A stretch of DNA of 64,000 nt from Bdellovibrionota bacterium (GTDB lineage: Bacteria > Bdellovibrionota > Bdellovibrionia > Bdellovibrionales > JAEYZS01): contig CAUJDY010000063.1 in NCBI GenBank assembly GCA_963169805.1, positions 5,479 to 69,478 on the forward strand, given 5' to 3'. The position numbers and the translations under genes are program-made. The notes beneath the pieces were generated by a model, which saw only the letters and a list, made by a program, of their open reading frames with translations, was not told where the DNA came from and did no database searches. Shown here piece after piece: positions 1-10,301 of the stretch. Numbering within the stretch: position 1 is the stretch's first letter; every line of letters begins with the position of its first letter.

Positions 1-13
1 GGGAATCACCTGT

Positions 14-1075
14 TCACCCGCTTAAATTCTTTCGGCTAATTCCCAGCCAGATGGTAGATACAAGTACAACAGATACGATAGATAATACTATAGAAGTATG
101 TCTCATATTAGTAACAAAGAAATTCGGAAGAAAAATAAAGAGAGACATCAATAAGGACGCAACTTCAAATATTATGTTATACAGATGACTTTTGAAATCA
201 AAAAATAAATTAGTAAGAACCAAAAACATAAAATAATGAATTCCTGATACAGCAGTAAAATGATTATTAGGTATCAATTCAAGTGATGTGAGCATAAATG
301 CAAAACCAAGAATTATATAATAAATCCGAATACGATCGGTCTTAAGTACCAATGAGTATCTACGTTTCAGCAAAGCGTACAGAATACACATTCCCAAAAT
401 GATAGGGAACAAAGAAAAAAAATGGCTCAAATACGTTTGAGATAAAAAGAGACCTGTCCCCAGAACACTCACAACCCATAAAAAAAATGGAAGAGGCCTT
501 GCAGACAATTTCTCAATTACAAAAGCTCCAAATACTCCAAACAGTAGGATCGTAAGAAAAACACGTACTAACTGAAGAGGCGTAATATTTTGATCCAATC
601 GTGATAATACCACTAAACATACAATGGATAGAGCAGCCATTATAATAGAAATTGGAATGCTCTTAGCAAGCCCCTTTACTTTTGAATAAATACTAACAGC
701 AAAAAAAAGCCATACAACTAATACAAGAGCAGATGAAATATGAGCCAAAATGCCATACCCAGAAACTAAAAAACCAACGGTCGACAATACTAAAAGGAGG
801 CAATAGAAAATCTTTAAGCGTTGCCCACATATCCAAACTTTGCTCTTTTCAAAGTGATGCCAGATCATAGGAAATAAAAATCCAAAAAAACCTAAATGAG
901 AATGAGCTCTACGAAAATCCAAAAACATTAGGTCAGTAAAGAAACCAGAATACTGCAAACGCAAGATCAGTCCACCACTCACAGCACACAAAAGACTGTA
1001 GAATGCAATATTATACCAACTATTTTTTGCTGAGAAGAATTTTAACAAACTTATGACTCCAAACCAAAAGACCAA
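14..1075 (-). CDS. polytopic inner-membrane protein, possibly a distant NnrS-like protein
   Basis: 353-aa ORF that is almost entirely hydrophobic helices. 'RRAHSHLGFFGF' resembles the His-containing helix of NnrS-type membrane proteins. It is the last gene of the nirK-nirV-sco-nnrS string. The 56-nt overlap with the upstream ORF suggests the true start may be internal. Confidence 0.45.
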   Translation of the reverse strand: MVFWFGVISLLKFFSAKNSWYNIAFYSLLCAVSGGLILRLQYSGFFTDLMFLDFRRAHSHLGFFGFLFPMIWHHFEKSKVWICGQRLKIFYCLLLVLSTVGFLVSGYGILAHISSALVLVVWLFFAVSIYSKVKGLAKSIPISIIMAALSIVCLVVLSRLDQNITPLQLVRVFLTILLFGVFGAFVIEKLSARPLPFFLWVVSVLGTGLFLSQTYLSHFFSLFPIILGMCILYALLKRRYSLVLKTDRIRIYYIILGFAFMLTSLELIPNNHFTAVSGIHYFMFLVLTNLFFDFKSHLYNIIFEVASLLMSLFIFLPNFFVTNMRHTSIVLSIVSVVLVSTIWLGISRKNLSG

Positions 1076-2135
1076 TTGAAAACAGATACACAGAAATAGT
1101 CATCATGTGTCCATTCAAATCCACCCCTGCATGACTACGGATCATACTTGCTAGTATGATAAATCCACCAACCATTAAGAGTCTTAAAGATTTTGTTTCA
1201 TAATCTAGACTTTGTTGTCCGTGAGCAAGCATTACTCTTGATCCAATCATGAGGGTAATAAGAACAAAAACGCCAATATAAACTAAATGAAATATGGCTA
1301 TGCTATTAACTCCATATACATTTAAACTTAAGGACGCAATTAAAAGTAAAACTCCAAGCTTCAATAAATATGAAACATAGCTAAATGTTGTAGGCTTCTT
1401 AAATACACCAAAATATTTAAAGGCCATTACCAAAACTGCAACAAGCTTTAAAAACGAGCCTAATTGTGAGTACCTAAAAGCCTCTAATAGAAATCCACTA
1501 TTAAGAGTCAACGCCAAAGAAAACATCAATAACTGATTGTTTTTTGGATCCGAAATGTTAGGCATAAGCGCATTGGGACTTCTTGAAACAACAGGTATGA
1601 GCCTGCTTCCAAGCCCTAGAATAAGGTTTAATACAAAAGCCTCCCCAGAGAGTTTATAAAAAACAGAATAATCTTCCTGGCGATATACAAATAGAATGAC
1701 ACCCACAATAGACTGGAGAATTGCAAACGGTAAAAAATAAAACCCTGCAAATGGTATTTTCTTATGAATTAAAAAACGCCTCGCCAAAAAAATACATAAG
1801 ACTAACAACTGAAATAAGAAAAAATAAACCGACATCTCTATTTGATTTCTAATGTTAAGTGCTAGCTGTATAAAAACAGATAAAATAACAAAAAAAAGTT
1901 CTGCAAAGTGAATCTGAAAAGTTGATGTCATTTTGGGTACGGCAGTCATTAGAAATCCTGTAATAAAAGACCATAGAAACGACATAAACATAATATTAGC
2001 GTGAGCCTGCCTAGGGTAAAAGCTTATCAACCTATTCTGAAACAATATCCAAAGAAAAACGCCTATTAATGCAGAAACAATTCCGAGGGGAAATAAAATT
2101 TTATATGGATCTATACTATCTTCATCGGATGCCAT
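1020..2135 (-). CDS. nnrS: NnrS family haem/copper membrane protein (NO-stress associated)
   Basis: 371 aa with about 12 predicted TM helices. 'RQAHANIMFMSFLWSFITGFLMTAVPKMT' matches the NnrS signature region (HAHEMLFGF...LTAVPNWTG type). It sits in a nirK cluster. Confidence 0.7.
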   Translation of the reverse strand: MASDEDSIDPYKILFPLGIVSALIGVFLWILFQNRLISFYPRQAHANIMFMSFLWSFITGFLMTAVPKMTSTFQIHFAELFFVILSVFIQLALNIRNQIEMSVYFFLFQLLVLCIFLARRFLIHKKIPFAGFYFLPFAILQSIVGVILFVYRQEDYSVFYKLSGEAFVLNLILGLGSRLIPVVSRSPNALMPNISDPKNNQLLMFSLALTLNSGFLLEAFRYSQLGSFLKLVAVLVMAFKYFGVFKKPTTFSYVSYLLKLGVLLLIASLSLNVYGVNSIAIFHLVYIGVFVLITLMIGSRVMLAHGQQSLDYETKSLRLLMVGGFIILASMIRSHAGVDLNGHMMTISVYLFSIGLLVWSHKFVKILLSKK

Positions 2136-2144
2136 GCCTTATCC

Positions 2145-2690
2145 CTAGTCTTTAAAAGCCTTCACTATAGGCTCGATATCTGCAGATAAACTTTCTATCT
2201 TAGCAATTCGAACCCCCTGCTCATTGAGTACACTAATAACATTCGAATGTGAAAACTCACCGTCTTCAAGCTCCTTAAAACTAATCCCCAAAACGACTGC
2301 CAGTTCTCTTGCAACTAAATCACTTCCAGCCGATAGAAAAGTCCACTCCGATTCACTCAGAGAGCGTGACTTCATATACTTTTTTAAGTGTTCTGGCGTA
2401 TCTCTCTTAGGATCAAACGATGCAAGAACAATTCTGTATTTACCTTTATTCGCTTTTTCAATTTTTCTTTCTATCTCTTTTATTTTTGAGATAGTCATGG
2501 GGCAAGCATGAGGACACTTTGTATAAACCATCCCAATAATCACTTTTTTCCCTGCAAATTCTTTTAGAGATACAGCCTTATTGTTTTGGTCCTTCCAATT
2601 TGAATTTAAATGATATATCGAGTCCTTTGGAAAGTTAGCAAAAGACATCACACAATAGAATAATACTAAACCACTAACGATAAACTTCAT
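2145..2690 (-). CDS. SCO1/SenC family copper chaperone (thioredoxin fold)
   Basis: CxxxC motif 'CPHACP' in a 'VYTKCPHACPMT' context, with a downstream 'FDPKRDTPE...L' segment typical of SCO proteins. The ATG at 2690 forms an ATGA overlap with the nirV stop at 2687, so I prefer it to the longest-ORF start at 2705. Confidence 0.8.
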   Translation of the reverse strand: MKFIVSGLVLFYCVMSFANFPKDSIYHLNSNWKDQNNKAVSLKEFAGKKVIIGMVYTKCPHACPMTISKIKEIERKIEKANKGKYRIVLASFDPKRDTPEHLKKYMKSRSLSESEWTFLSAGSDLVARELAVVLGISFKELEDGEFSHSNVISVLNEQGVRIAKIESLSADIEPIVKAFKD

Positions 2691-3472
2691 AATGACCTCA
2701 CACATCTAAAACCTAAATTCCAAACTGAACTATTACCCTTGAGACTTGATCTAAAGGCAAACCTCATAAAGGCTGCATAATCTTCTTTATTTGCGCTAGA
2801 CATGCCCCCTGCTCCACAAAACATATCTTTATTAAAAGACACATCTTCACGACTTTCACCAGTTACAAATGCTGAGTTAAAATCCTCAACCCACTCCCAA
2901 ATCAGACCATGCATATCCCAAATGCCGTACATGTTTCGGTAGATACTGCCAACAGCCTTAAGTTTTTCGCCTTTTGTCTCTCCATACCAATCTAATATTC
3001 TTCGCAAAAACTTTTCATCTTTATTTGCATCGCGAATTTTTTCAGAGGCTGCTGCCAAAAACTCCCATTCTGCTAAGGTTGGAAGTCTCATTTTATGATA
3101 GGAACAAAAAGCCCGAGCAGCAAACCACGAAACTTCTGTGATTGGTATTTTTTCACTTTTTCCATCAAAAGAAGTTAAATAAGTTCCATCGGCAAAAATT
3201 TCTGAGACATTTTCTTTTGTCCAGCTCGGATTCTTCATTAAGAAATCTACATAGTCCTTTTTAGTAACAGGATAAACCATAACCTCAAGAGCTCCCACCT
3301 TGTAAGGCTTCATTTTAGAGGCCTTTTTTCCCTTTGTTGATTTAGGAACCATCCAAAAAGGAGTGAGCTGACCCGGAGGCGTTTTGGTTAATTCTAGACT
3401 TGAAGACGCAGAAAGGGTCATGCTGTAAACTAAAATAAATAAAAAGCAAAACCCCTTCATACACATGATCAA
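2687..3472 (-). CDS. nirV: NirV-like accessory protein (formylglycine-generating-enzyme/SUMF1 domain)
   Basis: '[10 protein letters not shown]' and the C-terminal 'NLGFRCVRS' are FGE-sulfatase domain hallmarks. It has a signal peptide and lies immediately downstream of nirK, as nirV does in other clusters. The start is ambiguous: TTG 3472, ATG 3466 or ATG 3460. Confidence 0.75.
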   Translation of the reverse strand: MIMCMKGFCFLFILVYSMTLSASSSLELTKTPPGQLTPFWMVPKSTKGKKASKMKPYKVGALEVMVYPVTKKDYVDFLMKNPSWTKENVSEIFADGTYLTSFDGKSEKIPITEVSWFAARAFCSYHKMRLPTLAEWEFLAAASEKIRDANKDEKFLRRILDWYGETKGEKLKAVGSIYRNMYGIWDMHGLIWEWVEDFNSAFVTGESREDVSFNKDMFCGAGGMSSANKEDYAAFMRFAFRSSLKGNSSVWNLGFRCVRSL

Positions 3473-4893
3473 TGTCCTCCTGCAGGAGCCGTCAACTTAA
3501 CATCTGCAACGTCTTTTGGAGTGACTACTTTTCCAGAATTACCCCATGTGCTGTAGACGTAAGTTAGAACATTTGCGATCTCTTCATCACTTAAACCTAA
3601 TGCAGGCATGACGCTGTTGTAATTAGATCCATTGACAACAATTGGACCAGATAATCCATTCTTCACAACACCGATGGCTCTTTTCGCATCTTTATTGAGC
3701 CAGTCTGAGTTTGCGAGAGGTGGAAATGCGCCACTAATACCTTTGCCATCTGGCTGGTGGCATGCCGCACAGCTTTGCGTATAGATGTTACGACCTAATT
3801 TGATTCTGTCTTCTAGGGTTGCTGCCATTGTGACTTTCTCTGCATCATTCACTTTCTGAATAGCTCCGCCCTCTGGGAGATAAACATTATCCGCAGTTTT
3901 ACCTGAATAAATAACTTTATCTTCTGGACCTTCTACTTTAATTAACCCTAAAGAACCTTTATTAAAAGTTCTAAAAATGGAGTGATCAACCATGACCAAA
4001 CTTCCAGGCACTTCAACTTTAAAATCAACAATTGTTGATCCGCCTGCTGGCACAAGAGTCGTTTGAATATTTTGATTTATCAGATCACCACCTTCAACAT
4101 AGACCTTATCAAAGATTTCTCCAATTACGTGAAAGGAAGAAACTAAATTTGGTCCACCATTACCAACATAGAGTCGAACGGTTTCACCAACCTTAGCAGT
4201 AAGTGCCTTATCTCCTGTCAAAGCATTCGCTGCACCATTAAATACAACATAGGTTGGGTTTTCATCGATAGCTTTTTCCATATCAAAAGGTTGATAGCCT
4301 TGTTTTCCATACTTACCTTTTGTATAAAAATCTCCCTGCATAACATAGTATTCTTTGTCTACTTTTGGCATTCCCTCTTTAGGTTCAACCAAAATAAGTC
4401 CATACATGCCGTTTGCGATATGCATTCCCACAGGAGCCGTTGCACAGTGATACACGTAGAGTCCACGATTGATCGCTTTAAATGAAAAAACACTTTCATG
4501 GCCTGGTAAAGTGAATGAAGCCGCAGCTCCACCGCCTGGCCCAGTCACGGCATGTAAGTCAATATTGTGAGGCATCTTGGATGAAGGATGGTTTTTTAAG
4601 TGAAACTCAATTAAGTCGCCTTCCTTAACACGAATAAAACTACCTGGAACTGTTCCTCCGAATGTCCAGAACGTATAATCTACTCCATCAGCAATTGGAG
4701 CTTTTTTCTCGATCACTTCGAGATTCACTATCAGCTTTGTATTGTGTTTGCGGTTGATAGGAGGAGGAACCATAGGAGGAGCCGTCAAGACCGCGACTTC
4801 CTCTCCCTTAATTTCTCCTGATGTATTGGTATCCTTAAAACAGGATACTAAAGTTAATCCTAATAAACTTAGGATAAATAAAAACTTGCTCAT
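3469..4893 (-). CDS. nirK: copper-containing nitrite reductase NirK, lipoprotein form with C-terminal cytochrome c domain
   Basis: Type 1/type 2 Cu ligand motifs '[16 protein letters not shown]' and '[20 protein letters not shown]'. Canonical lipobox 'LTLVSC'. C-terminal haem c motif CAACH at 3757..3771. GGGAGG RBS upstream. Confidence 0.95.
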   Translation of the reverse strand: MSKFLFILSLLGLTLVSCFKDTNTSGEIKGEEVAVLTAPPMVPPPINRKHNTKLIVNLEVIEKKAPIADGVDYTFWTFGGTVPGSFIRVKEGDLIEFHLKNHPSSKMPHNIDLHAVTGPGGGAAASFTLPGHESVFSFKAINRGLYVYHCATAPVGMHIANGMYGLILVEPKEGMPKVDKEYYVMQGDFYTKGKYGKQGYQPFDMEKAIDENPTYVVFNGAANALTGDKALTAKVGETVRLYVGNGGPNLVSSFHVIGEIFDKVYVEGGDLINQNIQTTLVPAGGSTIVDFKVEVPGSLVMVDHSIFRTFNKGSLGLIKVEGPEDKVIYSGKTADNVYLPEGGAIQKVNDAEKVTMAATLEDRIKLGRNIYTQSCAACHQPDGKGISGAFPPLANSDWLNKDAKRAIGVVKNGLSGPIVVNGSNYNSVMPALGLSDEEIANVLTYVYSTWGNSGKVVTPKDVADVKLTAPAGGH

Positions 4894-4949
4894 AGTGGCC
4901 TCCCGTGGTGTTTCTACTACGATATTACTGTTAATTGAAATTGTATAGT

Positions 4950-4963
4950 ATGATTTAGGTCAT
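4950..4963 (-). promoter_or_regulatory. Crp/Fnr-type box ATGATTTAGGTCAT upstream of nirK
   Basis: 14-bp dyad with its centre 63 bp upstream of the nirK ATG. A TAATAT -10-like hexamer (complement of 4922..4927) lies 32 bp from the box centre, which gives class II (-41.5) geometry. Same motif as at 11353, 13733 and 18266. Confidence 0.65.
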
Positions 4964-4965
4964 TC

Positions 4966-5670
4966 TCAACTAGAAGTCGCAGACATTTCTTCGATGATTT
5001 TGTCTAATTTTAGGACTTTTATTTGTTGGTCTTGTGTCTCAATGATGCCCTTTTTAGACCAATCGCTCATTATACGAATGACAGACTCAACAGATGCCCC
5101 AAGACTATCAGCAATTTCTTTGCGCGTAAGAGGCAATGGCAGTGTCGACTCGTCGCCTTCATACTTGTTCAGGATATCTATAAGCAGAAAAGCAATTTTT
5201 GCTGAAAGAGGAGCTTTTAAAAGAGTTTTTTGAGTCTGTAAGCTACCTATACGCGTAGACAGGAGCCCTTGAATTTTAAAAATCAGATCCGTCTGTGATT
5301 TCCATTTTTGTAAAAAAACTTCTCTTGGAATTTTTAAAAATCGAGATGGACCCATTGCATAAGACGAAACTGGATATATGGGGCTAGGTTGCGCCATGAT
5401 AAATGCGGCTATAATATCGCCTGGTGTTGAAAAGTGAACAATCGTGTCTTCACCGTTTGGATTGGGTCGAGACAACTTATAAGCACCACTTAGAACAATA
5501 CCAAAGCTATCCGCCTTTTGCCCCATTTGATAGAGTAGCTGCTTATGTTTGCTAACAATAATCTCACCTGACGTACACAAATCTAGCAATTGATCTGCAC
5601 TGTACCCTTCAAACACTTTAAAATTTAGTAGCTCACTCATTGCTGCCTGTAAGGCTATCGATTTTCCCAA
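4966..5670 (-). CDS. Crp/Fnr family transcriptional regulator (Dnr/NnrR-like, no FNR Cys cluster)
   Basis: N-terminal cNMP-binding-like beta-roll and a C-terminal HTH 'TRKEIADSLGASVESVIRIMSDWSKKGII', with the E..R recognition residues of FNR-type helices. It lacks the N-terminal Cys cluster of true FNR. Confidence 0.85.
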   Translation of the reverse strand: MGKSIALQAAMSELLNFKVFEGYSADQLLDLCTSGEIIVSKHKQLLYQMGQKADSFGIVLSGAYKLSRPNPNGEDTIVHFSTPGDIIAAFIMAQPSPIYPVSSYAMGPSRFLKIPREVFLQKWKSQTDLIFKIQGLLSTRIGSLQTQKTLLKAPLSAKIAFLLIDILNKYEGDESTLPLPLTRKEIADSLGASVESVIRIMSDWSKKGIIETQDQQIKVLKLDKIIEEMSATSS

Positions 5671-5736
5671 AATAACACCTTTGTTATAGAGAAATTCATA
5701 CCTAGGAGCTTGTGCGTCGTCAATAACAGTGAATAT

Positions 5737-6330
5737 TTAGCCTGAAATTGATCTTTTAACTAATGATCTGTGCCGGACTTCGTCATGAGATGGCTCTTCC
5801 AAGCAAAGATTCCGATACGGTTTAAATACCAACTCATCCTCAAAATGAGAGTGTTCTTCAAAGACGATCTGAAATCTATGCATCAATTTTATAAGATCCT
5901 CTAGGTCATTATTTTCTTTTTGATAGCTTGCAAGTCTACCCATTATTCTTTGAATAATCTTTCTATCCTCCTGATGTTCAAGCTCCATGCTTTCTAGCAT
6001 GGGCGTAAGATTTTTATATTCCCCAGTTTCAAGAGACTTAAGTATCACTGCGAAGACAATATTTTCTTCGAGTAGCGTGTGAAATTGTAATCTCTGAATA
6101 AGATACAAAAATAAGTTTTTTGCCTCTATTAACAAACTTCCTTCACTTGTATCTCGTATAACATAAGAATCAAACTGACCAAGAATCTCCTCAATATCTG
6201 CTGCAAGCGTTCGATGGAACTGTAGGACGACATTGCGAATTCTTTCCTCTATAATGTTTTGCTTCGTTTTAGTTGCATTCATACCCATATTATCTCTAAA
6301 TTGCTGCCACCGAAGTATGATGCAAATCAC
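5737..6330 (-). CDS. hemerythrin-like / RIC-like di-iron protein (tentative)
   Basis: Repeated H...E/EE helices ('FHTLLEENIVF', 'LEHQEDRK', 'FEEHSHFEDELVF') typical of HHE cation-binding domains. It lies between norD and the Crp regulator. The start may be the ATG at 6288. Confidence 0.5.
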   Translation of the reverse strand: MICIILRWQQFRDNMGMNATKTKQNIIEERIRNVVLQFHRTLAADIEEILGQFDSYVIRDTSEGSLLIEAKNLFLYLIQRLQFHTLLEENIVFAVILKSLETGEYKNLTPMLESMELEHQEDRKIIQRIMGRLASYQKENNDLEDLIKLMHRFQIVFEEHSHFEDELVFKPYRNLCLEEPSHDEVRHRSLVKRSISG

Positions 6331-6360
6331 ATAGATTTATACTTTTGCCACTAAAATAAA

Positions 6361-8196
6361 CTATTTAATAATATCACGTAAAATATGAAACAAACATGGG
6401 GCTAGTTTTTTAGGACTACTAACTACAAAGTATCTCTTGAACATTCTACTAAAATATTCTTTTTCTCCCTTATCAATTAATACTGCAATGGTAAAAATAC
6501 CTTCTGTCTCAAGTTCTGCACAGGCTTTTTTAATATCCTGGATACCATGCACTCCTTCATATGTGTCTAAATCAGAAGGTTTTCCATCTGTCAGAAGAAT
6601 TAGTATTTTCTTTTTTGCATCAGACTTTTTTAGGTAGCTTCCGGCATGACGTATAGAGGGACCTAGCCTCGTGTATCCTTGAGGCTCAACTATATCGATA
6701 TTTTTATAAAAATTCGCCCAGCTATCACTTTTTCTTTTTACAAAATTAAAAACGCAGTTTTTTCGTGTTGCCGACCATGTCCCCGCAATTTGAACAGTCT
6801 GCATTAAACCATCAAAAACAAGTCCCATCATGACCAAGGAGTCTTGTATGACATTAAATATACGAGTGTTTTCTACCCAGGAATCCGTTGATAGAGATTG
6901 ATCAAAAAGTAAAAATACTTCTGCATCACGTGAAGTCTTCTTCTTTGACATAAAAAGCCTTGGCGCACGATGAACTGATCCATTCACTCTATCTGCAGCG
7001 AATCGAACACACTCATCCATATCCAGTTCTGCTCCGTCGACTTGTCTATTGAACCAAACTGGCTGGTTCACCAAACGCTCGAGTTCGTATTTATAGGATT
7101 GGATTTCTGACGCAAACTCTTTTGAAACACAATCTTTTAATACCGAAGAATGCGCATTGACACATGATTGTTCTGTTAAAGTACAGTAGTTCTGCTTGTA
7201 AGATTGTTTTTTGGAAAACCACTCAGGATAAAGAAATTTACTATCAAGAATTATATCATTTTCGTTTTGATTAGACACAAATATCTGATTCATATCTGCT
7301 GAATAAAATGACTGAGCAGCCTCACCTTGAGAGGTCACATTCGACATATCAAGCTCTTGTAGGGCATCTAAATGATCTTGAAGTTGATCGTCTCCAGATT
7401 CTAACCTATACCCGCCTGAATAATCATCCGCGGTTTCCATTTTCTCAAAGGAGTGAGAAACAGGGTTATACTCTTTTTTTTTCTCATTTAAATTCACTTT
7501 TTTGATAGGGCTTGATTGAATCTTTCTAAACTCTGTCATTTCTTTTTTTCTTGTAATCAAAGCCCCTTCAAGACTATCAGCATCCAAAACAGCTGCATCT
7601 ACCATATTGTGAACAGTCGAAAATTGTAGATAATTTGGTAATTCATCTTTTGCTTTGAAGGTCATTTTTGGGATGAGCACATCTGAAGATATCGATCTTG
7701 ATAATGTCTGGATGCGCCATACAGAAATCAAATCCAAGGGCCCTTTAGAAGGCGCTTCTTTTCCAATAGATTCAAGATATCCTTTTTGAAAATCCTTAAA
7801 CCCAATAAAAACTTCATCCAGATATAAATTTACATCTACATGCCGTCTTAAAAACTCAACCCTCTTTGAGATCAATGAATCAGTCTTATCTTTAGAATAA
7901 ATTTTTAATTTTTTTGTAGCGCATGCTAGTAAGGTTAAGTACAAATATGAATTCTTGTTATTACAATGATTCTTTGACCAATAAATTCTTTCAGGCAAAT
8001 AAAGCATGTCTTCTATAAACCCAGTGTAAGATTTTGAAGGAACTATTTGTTTTAATTCACCTGATCCCAATACATATTGGCCAATTGCATTTACATAAGA
8101 TCTCACATCGCTTAACTGAATGACCTCTAACTGAGATTTATCTCTCTTAACTTTACTATTCCAAATTTTTTGAAATAAATCCTCTACAAATCCCAT
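6361..8196 (-). CDS. norD: nitric oxide reductase activation protein NorD (C-terminal vWA domain)
   Basis: 611 aa. The C-terminal vWA has 'FLLFDQSLSTDS' (MIDAS-like) and 'LILLTDGKPSDLD'. It follows norQ directly. Confidence 0.85.
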   Translation of the reverse strand: MGFVEDLFQKIWNSKVKRDKSQLEVIQLSDVRSYVNAIGQYVLGSGELKQIVPSKSYTGFIEDMLYLPERIYWSKNHCNNKNSYLYLTLLACATKKLKIYSKDKTDSLISKRVEFLRRHVDVNLYLDEVFIGFKDFQKGYLESIGKEAPSKGPLDLISVWRIQTLSRSISSDVLIPKMTFKAKDELPNYLQFSTVHNMVDAAVLDADSLEGALITRKKEMTEFRKIQSSPIKKVNLNEKKKEYNPVSHSFEKMETADDYSGGYRLESGDDQLQDHLDALQELDMSNVTSQGEAAQSFYSADMNQIFVSNQNENDIILDSKFLYPEWFSKKQSYKQNYCTLTEQSCVNAHSSVLKDCVSKEFASEIQSYKYELERLVNQPVWFNRQVDGAELDMDECVRFAADRVNGSVHRAPRLFMSKKKTSRDAEVFLLFDQSLSTDSWVENTRIFNVIQDSLVMMGLVFDGLMQTVQIAGTWSATRKNCVFNFVKRKSDSWANFYKNIDIVEPQGYTRLGPSIRHAGSYLKKSDAKKKILILLTDGKPSDLDTYEGVHGIQDIKKACAELETEGIFTIAVLIDKGEKEYFSRMFKRYFVVSSPKKLAPCLFHILRDIIK

Positions 8197-8197
8197 A

Positions 8198-8968
8198 TTA
8201 TATCGCTAAATTAATTAAATCTTTTAAAGCTCCAACAATTTGTCTGTCTTCAGAAAGAGGTTCAGCAATTGAGATATGACAAGCATCCCTAGGGTCCATT
8301 CCATCGACAATTAATTGAGAAGCTCTTACAAGTAAACGAGTTGATACCGTTTCACTTAACTGATATTCCTCCATTTTTCTAATTCTATTAGCAATAGACA
8401 CAATTTTTTTGGATATATCTTTAGGTACGTTTGTCAATTCACACAAAAGTATGTGTTCAAGATCTGGCTCTAGATACGACATGTGAATTGTTACAAACCT
8501 CTGTTTAGTCGAATTTTTTAATTGCTTGATTCCTCTTTGATACCCCGGATTATAACTTGCAACAAACATAAAATTTGAATGCGCTTTTACAACTTCAGAT
8601 AACTTATCCAAATAGATTTCTCTTCTATGATCTGTTAAAGGGTGTATAGCTACGACCACATCCTCTCGTGCTTCTGCAACTTCATCAAGATACAATATTG
8701 CTCCCTCACGTACTGCCTGAGTGATAGGACCATCTTTCCAAACAGTTTCTCCCCCTTTAATAATATAGCGCCCAAGCAGGTCCGCTGCATTTGTATCCTC
8801 ATTACAAGCAACACTGTAGACCTTAAGACCAAGCTTACTAGCCATGTGAAGGACAAGCTGAGATTTTCCACAGCCGGTTGGTCCTTTGATCATAAGAGGT
8901 ATTCTACTTCGAAAACATCTTTCAAATACCTCTACTTCGTTTTGGTTTGATAAAAATAGTTCATTCAT
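8198..8968 (-). CDS. norQ: NorQ/CbbQ MoxR-type AAA+ ATPase
   Basis: Walker A 'GPTGCGKS' and Walker B 'ILYLDEV'. The size (256 aa) and the position between norB and norD fit. Confidence 0.9.
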   Translation of the reverse strand: MNELFLSNQNEVEVFERCFRSRIPLMIKGPTGCGKSQLVLHMASKLGLKVYSVACNEDTNAADLLGRYIIKGGETVWKDGPITQAVREGAILYLDEVAEAREDVVVAIHPLTDHRREIYLDKLSEVVKAHSNFMFVASYNPGYQRGIKQLKNSTKQRFVTIHMSYLEPDLEHILLCELTNVPKDISKKIVSIANRIRKMEEYQLSETVSTRLLVRASQLIVDGMDPRDACHISIAEPLSEDRQIVGALKDLINLAI

Positions 8969-8972
8969 GAAC

Positions 8973-10301
8973 CTAGCCTCCTACTTTTCCAACTGGCCTT
9001 CCAAATCTGATAAAGTTCCACACGTATGCTATTATTCCTAGAGTAAAGAGTGTTGCTGCTAAGACAAGCCCAAGAAAGTGGACCTCGATTTCTTTTTGAA
9101 CAGCTAAAAAATCAAGCCCAACTTTCCTCTCCAAATACACCTGCGCAATACCCGCAATGCCAAAGGCCACTGTCATTGAAACCATTCCAATATTTGAAAC
9201 CCAAAATGCAAAAACGTTTGCGTTTGAATCTTGCAACTTACGACCTGTTAAATGTGGCATTGCATATGTGATAATTCCAAGAACAAGGCACGCATATGCT
9301 CCCCAAAAAGCAAGATGGCCATGCATAGCTGTTACAAGTGTTCCATGTGTGTACATATTCACTTGAGGTAATGTATGAGCGAAGCCTAGAAATCCAGCTC
9401 CTACAAATGACATCACAGCACATCCGATAGTCCAGAGCATCGCAACTTTATTGTCAGGATTGCGACCGCCTTTCTTTGCCATTGCAATTGCATAAATGGC
9501 CATTCCTAAAAATGCAACTGGCTCCAAAGCACCAAAGACCCCACCAATCATAAGCCAATACCTTGGTGTTCCAATATAGTAATAGTGGTGTCCTGTCCCG
9601 AGTATTCCACTCAAGAAAGTAAATCCAACAATCACATAGAGCCATTTTTCTATAACCTCTCGATCCACACCGGTGAGTTTGATAAGTAAAAATGAAAGTA
9701 TGGCACCCATGATAAGCTCCCAAACACCTTCAACCCAAAGATGCACTACCCACCATCTCCAGTATGAGTCATGAGTTTGATGATCTGTTGGTATCATTCC
9801 TGGTAGATACAAAAGCGCGGCCGTTAAGAGTCCAAAAAATAAAACCAAACTTGTTGTTGTATATCTCTTTCCCTTCCATATTGTACCGCCGATAATTCCA
9901 ATAAACAAAAGCACGTCGACCACGACTAAATAATCTAATGGACGGGGTATTTCTAGGAACTTTCGCCCCTCCCACCATTGAAAGTGAAATCCAATAATTG
10001 CCGTAACTCCAACCAAGACAAAAGCAATGAGTTGAACGTAAGCCCACTTGACCGATAAGATTTCTCGATCAGCTTCCTCAGGAATTATATAATATGCAGC
10101 TCCCATAAACCCTGAAAGCAACCACATGACTAATAAATTTGTATGCACGGCTCTTGCCACATTAAACGGAATCCACTGATGAAGACCATCAAGTCCCATG
10201 TGAGCAAAACCCATTATAAACCCATAAACAAGCTGCAGACTAAAGAGAAGCATACAAACTGCAAAGAACCAGTATGCAACTTTTTGTGATTGATATTTCA
10301 T
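8973..10301 (-). CDS. norB: nitric oxide reductase large subunit NorB (cNOR type)
   Basis: Begins 'MKYQSQKVAYWFF', with 12 TM helices and haem-copper oxidase His ligands (HLWVEG, GTGHHYY, AMHGHLAFWGAY). ATGA overlap with norC. Confidence 0.95.
   Translation of the reverse strand: MKYQSQKVAYWFFAVCMLLFSLQLVYGFIMGFAHMGLDGLHQWIPFNVARAVHTNLLVMWLLSGFMGAAYYIIPEEADREILSVKWAYVQLIAFVLVGVTAIIGFHFQWWEGRKFLEIPRPLDYLVVVDVLLFIGIIGGTIWKGKRYTTTSLVLFFGLLTAALLYLPGMIPTDHQTHDSYWRWWVVHLWVEGVWELIMGAILSFLLIKLTGVDREVIEKWLYVIVGFTFLSGILGTGHHYYYIGTPRYWLMIGGVFGALEPVAFLGMAIYAIAMAKKGGRNPDNKVAMLWTIGCAVMSFVGAGFLGFAHTLPQVNMYTHGTLVTAMHGHLAFWGAYACLVLGIITYAMPHLTGRKLQDSNANVFAFWVSNIGMVSMTVAFGIAGIAQVYLERKVGLDFLAVQKEIEVHFLGLVLAATLFTLGIIAYVWNFIRFGRPVGKVGG

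Noticed and set aside
2224-2511. 95-aa ORF antisense to the SCO1/SenC gene
   Set aside because: It lies entirely within a well-supported CDS on the other strand, and its Ser/Leu-rich translation is typical of antisense artefacts.
9050-10047. Multiple ORFs (61-92 aa) antisense to or out of frame with norB
   Set aside because: They lie wholly inside the strongly supported norB gene, lack an RBS and have low-complexity translations. They are shadow ORFs.
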